From Marsupella aquatica (lineage: Eukaryota > Plantae > Marchantiophyta), in NCBI GenBank assembly GCA_973895155.1, contig OZ316891.1, positions 17,544,095-17,608,094 of the forward strand: DNA of 64,000 nt, read 5' to 3'. The position numbers and the translations under genes were made by a program. The notes below the pieces were generated by a model. The model saw only the letters and a program-made list of their open reading frames with translations. It searched no databases and was not told where the DNA came from. Positions 24,140 to 38,467 of the stretch are shown here, one piece after another (within the stretch, counting starts at the first letter, position 1; each line of letters begins with the position of its first letter).

Positions 24140-24620
24140 CTAATGGTCTACATCAAGTGTCGAAACTAAATCGGCAAGTGGGATTGGAATGTCATCTAGG
24201 GGGGCTAGCCGCTGCGGAGTCACGCTACCATCCACTCTCAGAGACCGATGATAGATGGCCCGAGCTTGAGCACGCTGTAAGGTGACTGAAATGCGTTGGC
24301 GAAAGTGCGTGGTCACAACAAATAGCGGGGGTCCGGTGGGACCCATCCGGCCGTGAACATCCCGAGAAGCTTGGCGAAGAAGCCCGTTGAACTGATGATG
24401 GAGACGCCCAAATATCTCAAGAGCAAGGGGCAGGAAGCTATCAGATGAAGCTCGTGCAACATATTTGGCCTCCTTCGTTGTTGCTGTTGCCCCTGCCGTT
24501 GTTGCCCCTGTCCCAATGATGTCTTGGCGCAATGGGTTTGCCACCACTACATCTGCCAAAGTACATTGACCCTCACGGACCATGGTGATCCACCCGTAAC
24601 CGCTGCGATGGAGGACCAGG
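24140..24620 (-). mobile_element. 5'-truncated CRE-type non-LTR retrotransposon remnant (C-terminal restriction-like endonuclease)
   Basis: LADVVVANP...KEAKY...FLPLALEIFGRL...FRQRISVTLQRAQA matches the PD-(D/E)xK RLE C-terminus of CRE/SLACS-like elements. No RT domain remains. Confidence 0.75.
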
Positions 24621-27371
24621 TAACTCGAGCACCACCTCTTGCCGTGTGCAGACCAAAGAGCCAGAAAGAACCTGAGCAGTGGCATCTGGATTTTTTTGCC
24701 TTTGGAATCACGTCTCTCTGTTCGGCATTTTGGTTCCTTTGCAGTTATATATAAACAACTATATTATATAAAACGCTACAACACTTCCTCAAGTTGAGTG
24801 CAGTCTACAAAGACCAAATACAAAATGCTTGCAGAAGACGCAAGGGCTTGACGTGGTTCAAACAACAGCTGTTTACTCATTGTTTCTTGTCTTGTTTTGT
24901 GTTCAGCCCGCTCCACAGGTCATGGTGGTGGTGTTTACTACGGTTTCCTTGGTGTGGGTACTGAGGGAGCAGAAGAACATATAGAAAGGGAAGAATGGAC
25001 GGTTTTACTTCCCATATATAAAATTATATTATTACATTTTAAGATAGAACCAGAATGACATTGATCTTGACATTTGGAGTTGCAACACTCTTTGAGAGGA
25101 ACATTCTTGGAAGACAACAATAGGTCGTCTCAAACATTAAAAAATGCGGAAATTTCTAACGCCGGGAGTTCACGGCCCCAAATGCAGACCCAAATGTGTG
25201 AACATTCAAGTTGGCATCCGCACCTTTGCGCCCTGGTTTTTGTGCAAACCACAGGCCGCGGATCTGGGTTAGACTGGGAGGTACAACTTGATCAGGGTTT
25301 ACAGTAGTCGCATGGACTTGCCGTGCCGTGCATTGACTACACCAGTGTCAAACCTTAACGAAGGAATAGGGGGAAACGATGAGCGTGGGACATTTTTTTT
25401 ATCTCGGCCGTGTACAACCTCGGAAGTCTCACTATATGGATGCCTCCCCATGCCCTGCAACATTTGTAGGCCTCGGACCCCCTAAAATGTAAGAAAAAAA
25501 TTTATGTTTCAACCCCTATAAAGTTGGAATATTCCAAAATTTTAGTTAGAAAGGCACTAGTGTTCTTATAAGTCTCAAAATTGAATTATAAAGACCCTAT
25601 TGTTCGTCTGCCAAAATTCTTAAATCTTCCTTTCAAACCAATAAAACTACCCTATCATCCGTCGCAGGTGATGTGCCATTTTTGTGGAAATGAAACCCCC
25701 AAGTGTGCAACTCTAGCACATCAAAATGACTAGTTGCGCAGTTGAGTAGTCTTGTGAACTACAACTTTTGCTTTCCACGATTTTGACATGCTTTCTGCTC
25801 GGCTTTTTGGCATTTCCATTTTGGAAATGAAGTTCGACACTTGAAGTGCCTTAATTTTTTGGAAGGTGCTTCTTGTGAAATTGTCTGAGACATTTGTGAA
25901 TTCAAAGCCCTCATCGGATGTAGTCACAAAATGTGTCCTGTCAGTTTCCCGAGTTAGTTTCTAGGCGCATCGCAGGGTGTGGATGGAATATTTTTTTGTG
26001 TTTGACAAAGGAATGTCGTTGTGGACCCATGGACTAGAAAGCTGTCATTGTTAGATGCAATCTTAGTTGTTTATAGGTGGAACTGCAATTTTGTCTTCTA
26101 TGGATAGTTCAAGTGAATGAAAAGTGCACAAAGGATTGAAGGAGGCAGGGACTTTATTCTTAATATGCAGTATTGTAAACGTAGGTCAAGGTCAATAGTA
26201 GCAGTAGTGAAATAAGAGAACCTTTTCCTTGCCATAAGTTTCCTGTAGAGAACTCCAAACCTTCTTTTGCAAGGTAATTTTGCTCAGGTTGTCACCGGAT
26301 TTAGGTTGCTTTTGGGCGAGCTTTCCTTAGCCCAACAGCCGCTGCTGGGAACAGAGAGAATTCAATGTGAATAAGGGCAATTGTACTTCCATTCTGGGTT
26401 CATGGAATGTTTGAAACATTACTCTTTGCTTTAAGAGCAATGCAGTGACATCAATGTCACATTTGGATTTCAACATTTAGTGCAACCCTGAACTGGAGAA
26501 CGGCACAAACCTTCGGCAATGAATGAGGCACAATTGCCAATTCACTCCTAAGCTGTGAACAGACTCATTCAAAAAAGAAAGTTGGAATTTATACAGAGGG
26601 TATACCATCTTCAAGCGGGACTGAAGTGTGTGTGTACACACAATTTTAAGTACTATAAATATAAAAAACTATAGAAGGGGGCACAAAGTTTTTGTCATGC
26701 CTAATGGTGGTTTAACAAGCGGCTACCCATCTGAAAACTCAGCACCAGCATTTTCTTCTGCGGCAAAAATTTGCCACATTCCACCTCCCCCAAAATCTTT
26801 CCCCAATTTTGCCTAAAATTTAGCTACTATTTTTTTATATGAATAGCCAGTGTTTCACCTAATTGCAGGCCCCATAAGCCAGATCTAACGGTCAGCCTTA
26901 AATCTAGGGAGATCTGACGGTCAGGAAAATAACTGAATAGGGAATCTTTTGAGCATCTTTTCCTTCACACACTTTACATTCGTCACTCTGGCGAAAAAGT
27001 AAATTCCTTATTAAAAAATAAGCTGCTCCGCACCCCACCCCCTTGTTTGTGCATGACCGGAAAGTCGGTGCCGGGCCGTGTTTTCGGGCACGAATGTTCG
27101 CAGTCATGTGCCCGTGTGGCGTGTGTGCCCGCGACGGGACCCTGTTGGACAGCGTCATGTTTGAGTCGCCCTAAAGGAGAACTTACTGCTGATAACTTTT
27201 TGGAGAAGCGAGTGGAAGCCCCGGAGGCTTTGTCCGTGTAATAATAATTGATTATGCACGACACGAGCAGCTGGATGAAAATCGACAGAGCTCAGTTCCG
27301 GCGCGAAAATTGAGGAGCGGCGCCGGAGGTGGGTCGTTCTCGACTTCTCGCCAAGCGGTCCCTGTGGGGCT

Positions 27372-27625
27372 GTGGGCTGTGGCAGTGTGGACGAGAGTGC
27401 CTTCTTGATGAAACGAGGAGTGAGGAGGGGTTTCAGAACAGGGACAACGATGATAGCGAGCGAGGCTATTTTTGTGTTCACTACTAACGTAGAGTTTGTA
27501 GCGTGGGCTGTGGCAGTGGTGGACCAGAGTGCCTTCTTGATGAGTGAGGGGTTTCAGAACAGGGACAACGATGATAGCGAGGCGAGGCTATTTTTGTGTT
27601 CACTACTACTGTAGAGTTTGTAGCG
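27372..27625. repeat. Tandem duplication of a ~125-130-bp unit upstream of the transporter gene
   Basis: gtgggctgtggcagtg...gagagtgccttcttgatga...aggggtttcagaacagggacaacgatgatagcgag...ttgtagc occurs twice. A 17-bp duplication gttgagtgagtcatcgt follows at ~27723-27760. Confidence 0.9.
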
Positions 27626-28228
27626 TGTGTGGTCTATTATTATTGAGTGGGGTGATGTCACTGAGATGTGCACTCATGCATGTCCCGTGCCCCGTGGGGA
27701 TCGTCCCGGTTGAGGTTGGCCGGTTGAGTGAGTCATCGTGTTGAGTGAGTCATCGTGTTGAGTGCCTCTCTGGAGAGTCTCGTTTTCAGGCGCTCGCTGG
27801 TTCAGTTTGGGGAGACATAGAGTACGTTGTAAGATTTGTATGATCGGTGGGGGCTCCCTTGTGGGAAGAAACGCGGGAGGATCCGTAGCGGTGGATTTTC
27901 GTCGATGCTGATGATGAAGGAGTAGCTCCTGTCTGCGTTGGGCCTGGTTATAGTTTCCTCGGTCTTGCATGGTTCTGGAGAGCCTTTCTTGTGCGTTTTC
28001 CGGGATTCGGTAACGAACCGCTAAGTGTCGAGAGTCGTCGAATTTTGGCCCGCGTCGAAGAAAGATGGAGGATTTCTACCGAGATGGGATTTTCCGGAGT
28101 TGATGGATGGTTAGGTGGTAGACAAACATTGGCTGATTTCTGCAATTCTGCAGGCTTGCGCTGCTCCCGTTCTCTGTGGTGAACGAGCATCAGTGGTTGC
28201 TCCAAAGTCGTGTCAAGAATTGGATAAA

Positions 28229-31200
28229 ATGGTGGAGCATTGGGAAGCTCACGTAGGAATGGCGATGGTGATGGTGTTTTATGGAGGGTATCATGTAATG
28301 ACAAAGCTGGCATTAAGCGTGGGCCTAACCCAGATTGTGTTCTGTGTATACCGAGATTTGACGGCATTGTGCATCCTCGGGCCGTATGGGTATTTCAAGG
28401 AGAAGTGCGTCACATCTTTGCACTCTGCTTGCTTTGGTAAATACCGAGGATACAAGAACGCATTGTGCCGTAGCTGTCCCTCTCTTGCGTCCTTGTGCTC
28501 GATTTGAAAATATAAAGAATGCTTACATTGTGTGACATCTTAGTAATAGACGTAGGGAGTGACTATGATAATCATGGTTTCCACTTTAGTATGTCCGTCT
28601 GGCTGGCTACAAGTCTCTTTGGCTCTGTTTGAGAGTAGATGATCTCAGTTAAGTCACTAGGAGAAGGTGAAGCTGCGCTAGGGTAATTCGGGAGGATGCT
28701 GAACTTCCCAAGCTCTGTCAGTTATCGAGGTTTTCCCGCAAGAAAAGGACACGAGGGGAAGCAATTCTCCATATCTTCCAGCCCTCTGTTTCCTTCGTTG
28801 ATATCTCTCGGAGTTAGTTCTTCCATGTTACTGCTTCATCATCTTTCCCTAAGCAAAGTATAGGTTTTAATTTCATTGTTATGGGTCTCATGCAGGAGGG
28901 TCCGACCACCTATTACAAGGAAGCTGCTGTATCAATTCTTCTTTCTTGGAGCGACAGGGTAAATATTGACATCCGTAAATTTTCCTATGGCTCGGAATTA
29001 TTTATTGCGGTCCTTTTGCAGCGGAGATCTGCTCAAAGATTTCACCTCGAAGAACGTGGCAGTCCTATAGCTGATGGGTCGGTAACGGCTTCGTGCAGGA
29101 TTTATGGCAACCAGCTGCTGTTCACTCTTGGTCTATCTCTCACATCCCCAGCAGTGGGTGCTTCAATGCAGCTGCTGGTACCTGTTTTTACTTCGGTGTT
29201 GGCAGTCATTATGGGGTACGTCAGACCTCTCATTTCCAACGTGGTCGATTCTTACTGGATCAGCTGAACTTCTGAAAAACCTTCTTCGTGCTTGTGTGAA
29301 CTCGTCTATGTGAAGTCCTGGTTGCTTAGAGATCAGAGATGAACATTAGATTCGCAATTCTGATGAAAACACATACAGCAAGGATGGTCTCTCCGTAGCA
29401 GATTTTTCTTTCTTTCTTTTTCAATCCTTTTAGTCTTAACAGAATCAGCGATGTTTTGTGATAAATTCTTGAAGGATTGTAATCGACTGCCATATGTTTA
29501 TTGGTGGTGGTGGGTGGGTCGGGTAGAGACTATCTTCTAGTGCAGACGATGATTATGCTGACACAACTTCACACGACCCCTCCATCATTTCTCCCGCGCT
29601 GCCTGTTTGTACTTGTACAGGACGGAGACATTGAACTTTCGCAGAGTCGACGGCAAGGTGAAAGTAGGAGGAATCTTGGTCAGCGTTGCCGGAGCATTCT
29701 TGATGGGAGTGTACAAAGGTCCACCTATTTTCGGCGATGGATACGATATTGATAATTTTTTGGGCGCTGTGGGTGGCAAGCCTTCCCCGGAGCCGGTTGG
29801 TTGGTTGGGATCTGCTCTATTGTTTATAGGACTCGACATGTGGCATATTGGAATAATATGCCTAATTGGCAATTGTATGTGCTTGGCGATATATTTTGCT
29901 TATCAGGTAACTTCCCTTCTTGCGACAGTATGCGGAACACTGGGTCAAGTTGATTACATTTTTGCTTACAAATGGGCAATTGTTTTGTTGTTACCGGGAT
30001 CTTGGTCTTTAGTCGTAACGTTGCATTGCCGGAAGTCTTCATTTTGATGTCGTAGGGCATGTTACTATCGTTCTGAGCAATATCCGTGATTGCTGCATTT
30101 ATGATGGGTCATTGACGATTCTTTGATCATGCTGAGTGTTACAGGCACCAGTGTTGAAACGCTATCCGCACAGCTTGTCCGTCACTGCATATTCTTACTT
30201 TTTCGGGGCATTTCTCATGGTCGTTACTTGTCTCTTAACCACATCGGAGATCAGTGCCTTCACCTTAACTGGGGCTGAAATCTACGCCGTTATTTATGCT
30301 GTAAGTGTAGATTCACTTATTGATTTTCTGTCAAAGCGTTTTCTGGACCTTTGCATTCTGTGTTGCAGTATTGTGGTGCTACATACGAGAGAGCAGCGTT
30401 GGGACTGTCGCCATATGCATGCTGATTTCCTTTTGTGCTCGTTCTAGCTTTCTTCTCAAATTAGAGTCTATCCCGAACGTGGTGTTTTCCTCGATTGGAA
30501 ATTTCTGCGGTCATGTTCATAGAGCTCTGACATAAGTTACTGATTTCTTGCAATGATCGTCCTAAATTGTATAGTGTCTGAGAAAATTGTTTTACAGCCA
30601 CGTCCTGTCTCGGATATAATAAAATTTGGCTCTAAAAGCGATGCACATGAACGGAAACTATGGCGAGTTTCACTGAAGGAAATTAGAGTCTTCGCCTTTT
30701 AGAAGTTAAATCTGGATTTGTGATTAATAGTGGTTTTCCATGGTTTATGCAGGGAGTCGTCGCATCTGCCATCAATTATATGATCATGACGTATTCCAAT
30801 AAGCTCTTGGGCCCGTCCCTTGTCGCTCTTTACATGCCACTTCAGCCAGTCACTTCAGCTGCCCTTGCACGCATATTTCTTGGAAGTTCCGTGTTCCTGG
30901 GGAAGTAAGTATTGCTGCTGTCTGAGAGTCATGCTTAATTTGTAGAATACTTTAAGACTGTAAGTCCGAACTTTTTTGATAAGGTAGTTTCAGTACAAAA
31001 TTTTCTAAAGTTAGTGAAGGAAGTTCCAAAACAGAGAATGGTGCGGTCATGTTACCTGAAGTAGCAGAATTTTAGAATGCTATTTCTGCTCGGGAATGCT
31101 ATTTAATGAGAAGGGAGGATTGTGAATGGGAGTATTTGGGGAGAATTGTCTGTTTTCGTGATTCACTAATCAGGCAGATCACGGACCCAGTACGTTTTTC

Positions 31201-31474
31201 AGTTATTGTGTTGTACTGAAGACTGTCAACTTTCTGGTTGTTCAGCGTTCTAGGCGGGATCCTCATATTGGTGGGCTTATTTTGCGTCACATGGGCACGC
31301 AACGAGGGTGATCGCATAGGGAGTCGACCTCGTCTACCTTTGTCTGAAGTGACGAAAGGAGAGTCGTCCATAAGCGTCAAAACTCCTTTGCTCAAGGTGC
31401 TTGGTCAGAGAGTGCTTTCACATCACCCCAGCTCCCCTAAATCTCTCTCTCAAAACTGGGCGGATTCCTTGTGA
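28229..31474 (+). CDS. WAT1-related / UMAMIT (EamA, nodulin MtN21) transporter, 7 exons
   Basis: Exons 28229-28404, 28896-28958, 29099-29215, 29621-29906, 30145-30300, 30753-30904, 31246-31474. Protein motifs [61 protein letters not shown]. Confidence 0.93.
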
Positions 31475-31889
31475 ATAGTTAACTAGAATCTCCCGGTTTC
31501 GATGATACTCCTGCGTGAAAATATGTTACAAGGTTACTGGAATGAACCTCTCTAAACAGCGAGGCTCCAATTCAATTATCTAAATCTAGATGGTGCATGA
31601 GGAAAGAATGAACGAACGATTTCCCAAATTAAATTTACACAGGTATCTTCCAATATAAACAATTTTTACTAACCTTTCTTGTCATGGTAACAAACTAATA
31701 AGCAAACAGATGGCCAGAGTCCTTATTGGTGAAGGAATCGCCGCAAATTTCTTGTAGTCATTGAGAGAACTTGTCTGGCGAAGGTTTTGTCCTAGATGTA
31801 GACTCGTTTTTATGGGTAGGTGATTGATTTGTACGTTCAAGGTATTTGCAAGTGTCGAACTTTTGTTGCAAACATCGTCACCATAAGCT

Positions 31890-32200
31890 CCGAGGAGTCC
31901 AAATTTCGATTTCAGGAGTATTTTATGTCTTGAACATCCATGGACAAACCGAAAAGTAAGAATATGGATGGAAACAATCCTTCCACACTGGTGTGCATAA
32001 CCATGACATCGTAGAGACTGACATTGTTATCAAGTCTGTTTCCAGCTTGTGACCATTTTCCCGAACCAAATGTGTTAAGGAGTGTTGCCAGATAGTTCTT
32101 GAGTTGTAAACAGAAAGTGCCTGTAATTGTGGCAGTGAACGGGAAGGAGGGGATCTGCGCCCAACTGGTTATCATCCTTTGAGTACTATGTCAGTAGCGC
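31890..32200 (-). pseudogene. Possible degenerate S-protein-homologue (SPH) pseudogene
   Basis: The minus strand reads NQLGADPLLPVHC (32173-32129), then ...IWFG....KQT..QC and later VCPW...W across stops and frameshifts. This resembles the SPH pattern N.LG....L.VHC...T...C...C.W. Confidence 0.3.
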
Positions 32201-34837
32201 ACGGTTGTTACTGCCTCAATCTTGGTTGACGTTGACATAGAACCCCCAGAAATCAGTGATGGTCGCGGAGACAATGGGTCAAAGGGTCATCGCTTGTTTG
32301 TTTTGGGGACTTGGCTGCGAAGAGGGCCTGAATTTTCTATTGATTATTGGGTCAGCACCATTGTGCTGAAAGCAGGGTTTGAACTGGTATTTGCACAGCT
32401 CGTGTAAATGAAGTTCTTGGAAGCCATCGATAAGGCATAGTTTTGAGCTGCCATCCAGAAGGGTATTTTCACAGCTCGTGTAAACTTAAATTCTTGGAGG
32501 CCATTGAGTATTCATAGTTTCGAGCTGTCATCCAGATTCAACGATAGAAGTAAATATCTGAAGTGGTATGTAAATTTATTTATTAATTGTAGTCTGTAGG
32601 AAAAATTATTATTGTTGGGGAAGGAGATGTTCGTATTATTTATCAAAGTGTTCCGTATCTAGAAGTGCGACGGTATCCACCAGAATAAAGTCTGCAGTGA
32701 AGGAAGGGACGGTATGCTGCGAAGTGATAAATCCTGTTGTCGACAAGGTGTGCACAATTTGCCTTTCTCCAGGATTTCCGTAGGGTTTCTCCTCCCATGT
32801 CTCAGAAAGGTTTGGATTTTTTGGGTAGTTGACACTAGTGGTTCCTGGAAAGTTTTCAACCGAACGTGGACTGACGAGGAGAAGTGGGCAACATACGTTG
32901 GATAGCTGGACTCCTCAAGCCACTCGTCGGTAGACGTTCTATTGTTTGTACTTTATGTGCTTCAGCAGTCTTCGCGCTGTTGTGAGAGGTATGCGCATAA
33001 GCTCCGTCTCTTGCTATGAGCTTTTACTCCTAGCACAACGTGAGCATATTTACTGACTCAGCTCACCATGTCTCGATTTAAGTGTTCCACGGAATGGACA
33101 ATATACAGCAGCAATTAAATAAGGATTAATATGACTCACCTTCATGACGTGAAGGTCGTTGTATGAAGAGCTTGAAGAACAAAGAGTAAGAGTGCCTGAT
33201 GAACTCGACTGTAGATTGCAAGCGCTGTTCGTGTTTGTCACACTTCAACTGGACAAGGTCCATGAGAAATGCTCAATCATGATCGTTCGCCCTCTGCGCT
33301 TCAGTACAAGGTGCAGCAACCAACTCCTTTCTAAGAAACACTCCATCGACACTCCAACGCCAGAGGAAAATTATCATAAAAATACGCACTATTAACAATC
33401 ATTTTTACACAATGGATATAGCCCCCAAGGTATATTATGTGAAAGCGAATTAAGTCCGAACTATGATGAAGTAGCAAATGAGAGTTTTCTTGTTGACAAA
33501 ATATAGCGCTCCTGTGCCAGCACATACGTGTCCTACACCACAAAAGTTATTCTTTTACAAATCGACGCTAGCGACACGTGATACCCTACACCACAAAAGT
33601 TATTCCTCTATAAATCGACAAATCGAAGCTAGTGACACGCGATATCTGTAGGCTAGCGGTGGATGATGGCTTCTAGCGATTCTGTTGCTTCATGATTGTA
33701 GCGCATAACTGTCGGTTTGAGACCAGTACCATGTTTTGATTGGATAGAGACTGACTCGGGAACCGGACAGACAGAGCCCTCACTTTTTCAGAAAGTAAAT
33801 TACTTAGCTCTTGCTTCCTCTGGCGATGGATTTGAGAACTAGCGAACTTTTTTGCAAAACTTCCGGTGCCCAACTTTTATAATGAATAATTGCAGACAAA
33901 TACATCATAGCACAGCTCTCCCAATATTGCTAACTCCAACCTGTCCATTCAAGTTCCTCGATCGTTCGCACAGAGATCTTAAGATATTTTCAAGCTAGGA
34001 CCAGCAAAAATTTATCTTCATTAATGCAATGTTACGAAATAAAAAAGACTGATTCAGAGCTACTTCGCGGCTGTGGTGCCGCTTGTAATTATGAAAATCA
34101 ACCTTTCAAATTTGTACAAAGTACTCGTCATACCTTATATTTAACATGCATCCAATCACATACTGGACACTCTCAGAATATCTCGATGAGAAATGTTCCA
34201 ACACAGTTTCAACAAATATAGAAAGACAATAATCATATGATTGTGATGAAACTGCTTCCTAATTTTGCATTTTATCGCTACACACGAAATTCCGCTTTCC
34301 TCTATGCCTTACTCTAGTAAATTGGTATTGAAAGCATTCCGCCAGTTGAGCTGTCGACTTTCACTTCCAACTGAATTCACTGCCTACGTGCCCTTTACGC
34401 CTATACAGCTGAATTCACCGCCTACGTGCCCTTTACGCCTAGTCATTCCGAATAACACTAGCCGCCCCCACGCCCCCCCCCACCACCACCCCGTCTTACC
34501 GCGGCTGCTTGAGGTTCAGATTATTTTCAGTTAGATTATTGACTGCTAGGAAGCAAGACAAAGGAACATTTACTTATGGGCAAATTCAGTCCCTTGTCTA
34601 GAATTCAATTTTCCATCCAATGGGGTTCTTGACTACTCAAGCGGAGCGAAAGGCCGCATTTACATGCCCATTGGACCATATGTCAAACGGGGAGTGCAGA
34701 AGTTCCCAAAGCTCATGTTCACTGCCTACAAATAACCTCTTGGCAGTGATCAGTTCAGTCTTCATCAGGAGGGAACACCTCTCAGACCTCTCACACCTAG
34801 TGAGGGACAATGTCTGCGGGCAACAAGTATCAACTAA

Positions 34838-37800
34838 TTACTCAAGTTTTGCCTGACTGTCGATCGGTGACTCAACTTTTGTTCGACTCTCGACTGGTGA
34901 AGTGAGTTGGCGAAGGTTGTATTTCGACAGCTCTTTAAAATCTTGTACTACTCCAATTGCACAGGCAGTCTGCATTGCAAGCGACAAGAAGAAAAAGAAC
35001 TACACACTGATGAGTGTAGTCACATGCAGTTTATGCACAAACTTTCATGTTGAGCATCATTACGAAATAATAGTATTGGAAGTCAAAGTAGGATACTAGA
35101 TACAGAGATTAGCCACAGGTAAAATACCTTCACAATTTGAATAAGAATGGTTTTATCTGGTTTCTTCAGGTCAACGAAATGCGGCTCTGGGACCATCTTA
35201 GCTACAGTGTGGATGAAATCCATCTTGTTTAAATTGGTGTTGGCTCGGGCCTCACAAATGACAGCAAACTGCAAGCAAAAGAAGACAATAAACACATAAA
35301 TTAGCATCCTCAACTGTTTTCCCCAGGGAGTAGATCAACGGATACTGAAAGCCTTCAGAAAAACCAGTTTAAGCAATGAGGCTCGAGGAAAGGCTGAAAC
35401 AAGTCCTATAATTTTACTCATTGCACAGCGTGTGCCACCGCCTTTCAGCCGTCTATTCCGGGGGAAAGAAAAATCGACTTCAAGTCTGATAGCAAGCTAC
35501 CTACACATCTGGCAAAACCAAGTTGTGTAGTCCAGGCATTACTAAATACCAAAGCAAAAGTAACCTAAAACATTCCATCATGGGAACAAATTTCTTGGCC
35601 ATGTGGATCAAGAATGCAGATACCAGAAATTCGTGCAGTTGCCTGATTGCTGTTATAGGTAAAATAAACAGAATAACAATAATTTAAAACAACGAATTAC
35701 AAAATTAATCACCGCTATCACTTGTGGTCAAAAAAGCTACCCCGAGGTTGAGTAAAGCATGGTCTCAAACTTACCTTTATGGAAGATTGATCTGGGTCCT
35801 TCGGAAAGTGCCGTAAGATCAGAGGCTCTGCTGCCTTTTGAAGCTCACTAGTAGAAGCATAGCAGGTTAACTCAACTGGTAGCAGCCTCATGCAGAACCT
35901 GTTTACAGACGACAGAGGCAGGAAAACAATGACCTGCTCAAACTTCTTGTTGCTCCTAAAATCAAGAAGAATCAGATATTGGTCTGATTGAGCAAACACA
36001 GAAGAGAACGAAGGACGATATAAACTTCTCACTTCATCCGATCATGCCAAAACCAGACGGTCTAGCTATCTCATGGAGCATTCGAGGATCCAGAACTAGA
36101 TATAATTGGAAATGTGTCGAGTATAGATGAATCACTCCTGGAACATTAAGGAACGAAAGGGCACCCTTGATGTGCTTGACAGAAAATTTCACCTAGATCT
36201 TGATTTCTTGGATGCAGCAGCCTCACGTACAATCGCCTCAGCCAGTTCCTTGGGTCCCCTTTGTTGTACGCCTTTCTCCACATGCATGCGGACAAAAATG
36301 ACCCCATTGCAGCCAGTTTCGTATCCCACAAAGCGAGCCTAGATTGATGCATGGAAACCAGGAAACAACACGAATGAGCAGCCTGACGATTATTTAGGCT
36401 CCGATTGAATCAGATCAAACCAATTATTTGACTTTGTCTTAACAAATTGATGTTTAGGAATCGGGATGACGTAATCCATTGTATTATGTTGACGAAATCC
36501 AGTGGTGACCTACACTCCAGTATGTGAATAACCAGTATAGTAATCCCGCTACTTGCTGATCGGCTTATGCCAAAGCAGTTCAGGACGGTTACATTAGCAG
36601 CGTGATCGGGGTTTGGAACGTCACTAGATTTGTACACACAAAAGTTTCAAAGTTACTACTGCTGCTCTTGTATTTCAGCCTACCTTTTTATGGTCTCGTA
36701 AATCCTCAAGTTCAGCTGCAAGAAGTTCATCAAAGCTCTTACTGGCTTCCCCTGTCTCGTATTTTTTCAAGGGGTCCCTGACATTTGAAGTCGGCTCATT
36801 TGGCTTCTCACTGTAAGCCACTCTTTGGGAATCTTTGGAAGCACTCGATTCCTCCAGCCGCCTACATTTGGTCCACCCCAAGCCTTCCCCATCTGAATCG
36901 CCTGAAGCTTCAGCTGAATCATCATCGGTGCCTTCCGCATCTGGTGGAGGACCTGGAGAATGAGTGGTATTGGAAGGAGAACCGTTTTGTTTGATATCTC
37001 CAGCTGCTAAGGCGGAGGATCTGCTCGGCTCATCTTGAGTGGCACCATGAGATCTACCATCATCTACCGCACCCTCAGAGAACTACAAACCAATAACAAA
37101 ATTAAATAAGTTTCTGTCAGTTCTTCTTCATATGGTGTACTCTTCCTCTTGATACGACGCCTCGTCCATATTGCATTATCAGATAACCTCGACTCTCTGG
37201 TCATAAAAAAGTGCTCAGACATAATTCTGGACCAATTTTAATAAAATCAGCGAATGGCAATGAACCGTGAAGGGCAAGACAACTGCATAAACTCCCATCA
37301 GAAGACATTGAGACGGTAGGGACCCACTTACAGGATGACAGGAGATAATAATGAGTGGTAGACTCACCCGGTCCAGGAGGTTGATGGCTTCCTTTATGCT
37401 TTGACGCTCTTTGCCAGCAACACAAGTTATTAGAAAACCTTGTACTCCAGCTGATATGGTTGCCTTCTTACCACTCTGAAACATCCAACCACGACCTGAC
37501 TGAGTTTCCTTCAAATAAAGATCTCGGGCGTACAGTTCAACAACGGGCTTTGTAATCAAATCAAACCTTCTATATGACACCCAAACAGATTTCCTCTGCT
37601 TTTGATTCCGACAGTCGTATTTGATGCTGGATTTTTCCTCTTCGGATATGGTACCATTTACAAGATTAATTGTCCAAACCCTAGAGTTCAAGCGATTAGA
37701 ACTCATCATTCACTCATCCTCCAAACATAAACATTTTTCCGTTGACTTGGAATACCAGTTAATATATATATTATGGGATACGAAAGAACGCAGCTATGAC

Positions 37801-38225
37801 TAGATGACACAACTTACGACATTTCGGATGGATAAACCGAGATAAGGAAATCAGGAGAACAGCGCGGTTTCAAATCTTGACAGTAATGGGCCACCGTGGA
37901 TCAAGCCAAACGAAAAAAAAAAACATTGTCGTCCGTGACATTGGCTTCTCTGGATTTCTGCACTACTCATCTAAAAGATGCGCAGCATTGATCAATGAGC
38001 AAGGAAAACGAAACTGCGCAAATTTTGAGTAATTTAGTTGAAGAGGGTGGAGATTACATACATTTCGACGACGGGAAGCCACTTAATTCAATGCCAGCAA
38101 AAACCCAATTAGACTGACAAGGATAGCATCAGAAGACCCACATGCTGTAGGTACTTGGATTGCCGTTTTCTTTTCTTGCCTCTGCCTCCCTGTCTTCGAT
38201 TGTCGTCAGCTCCTGCTGAGGCCAT
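34838..38225 (-). CDS. THUMP domain-containing protein (THUMPD1/Tan1-like tRNA ac4C adaptor), 7 exons
   Basis: Exons 38225-38142, 37475-37368, 37082-36684, 36338-36193, 35898-35775, 35268-35128, 34969-34838, all in frame. Motifs GVQGFLITC..KERQ..KEA, RFCMRLLPVELTCYAS, FAV..EARAN, HFVDLKKPDKTILIQIVK, KYNLRQL. Confidence 0.92.
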
Positions 38226-38467
38226 CTTTGTTGCCAACGCCCCTCAATCAGAAAGGCCACAGAGAGATTCAGGGTTCTCGCCACCTGAGTGGGAACATTA
38301 GAGCTCGGGCGGGCTTTTCGGTACATTCGTTGCGTTGGTTCTTCTTTATCTTTTCCGTGCGTCCGTCACTATATGCGGCTACAAGTTGCAAATATCCGGT
38401 AGTCCGTCACAAGAACTCGGGTTTAACAAGGCATATTTTCACAACACACTTCAAAGCCTTTACCCTC

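Noticed and set aside
32390-34440. Short local duplications (32390-32530, 33520-33650, 34369-34440)
   Set aside because: Ordinary slippage-type duplications with no coding or structural signal.
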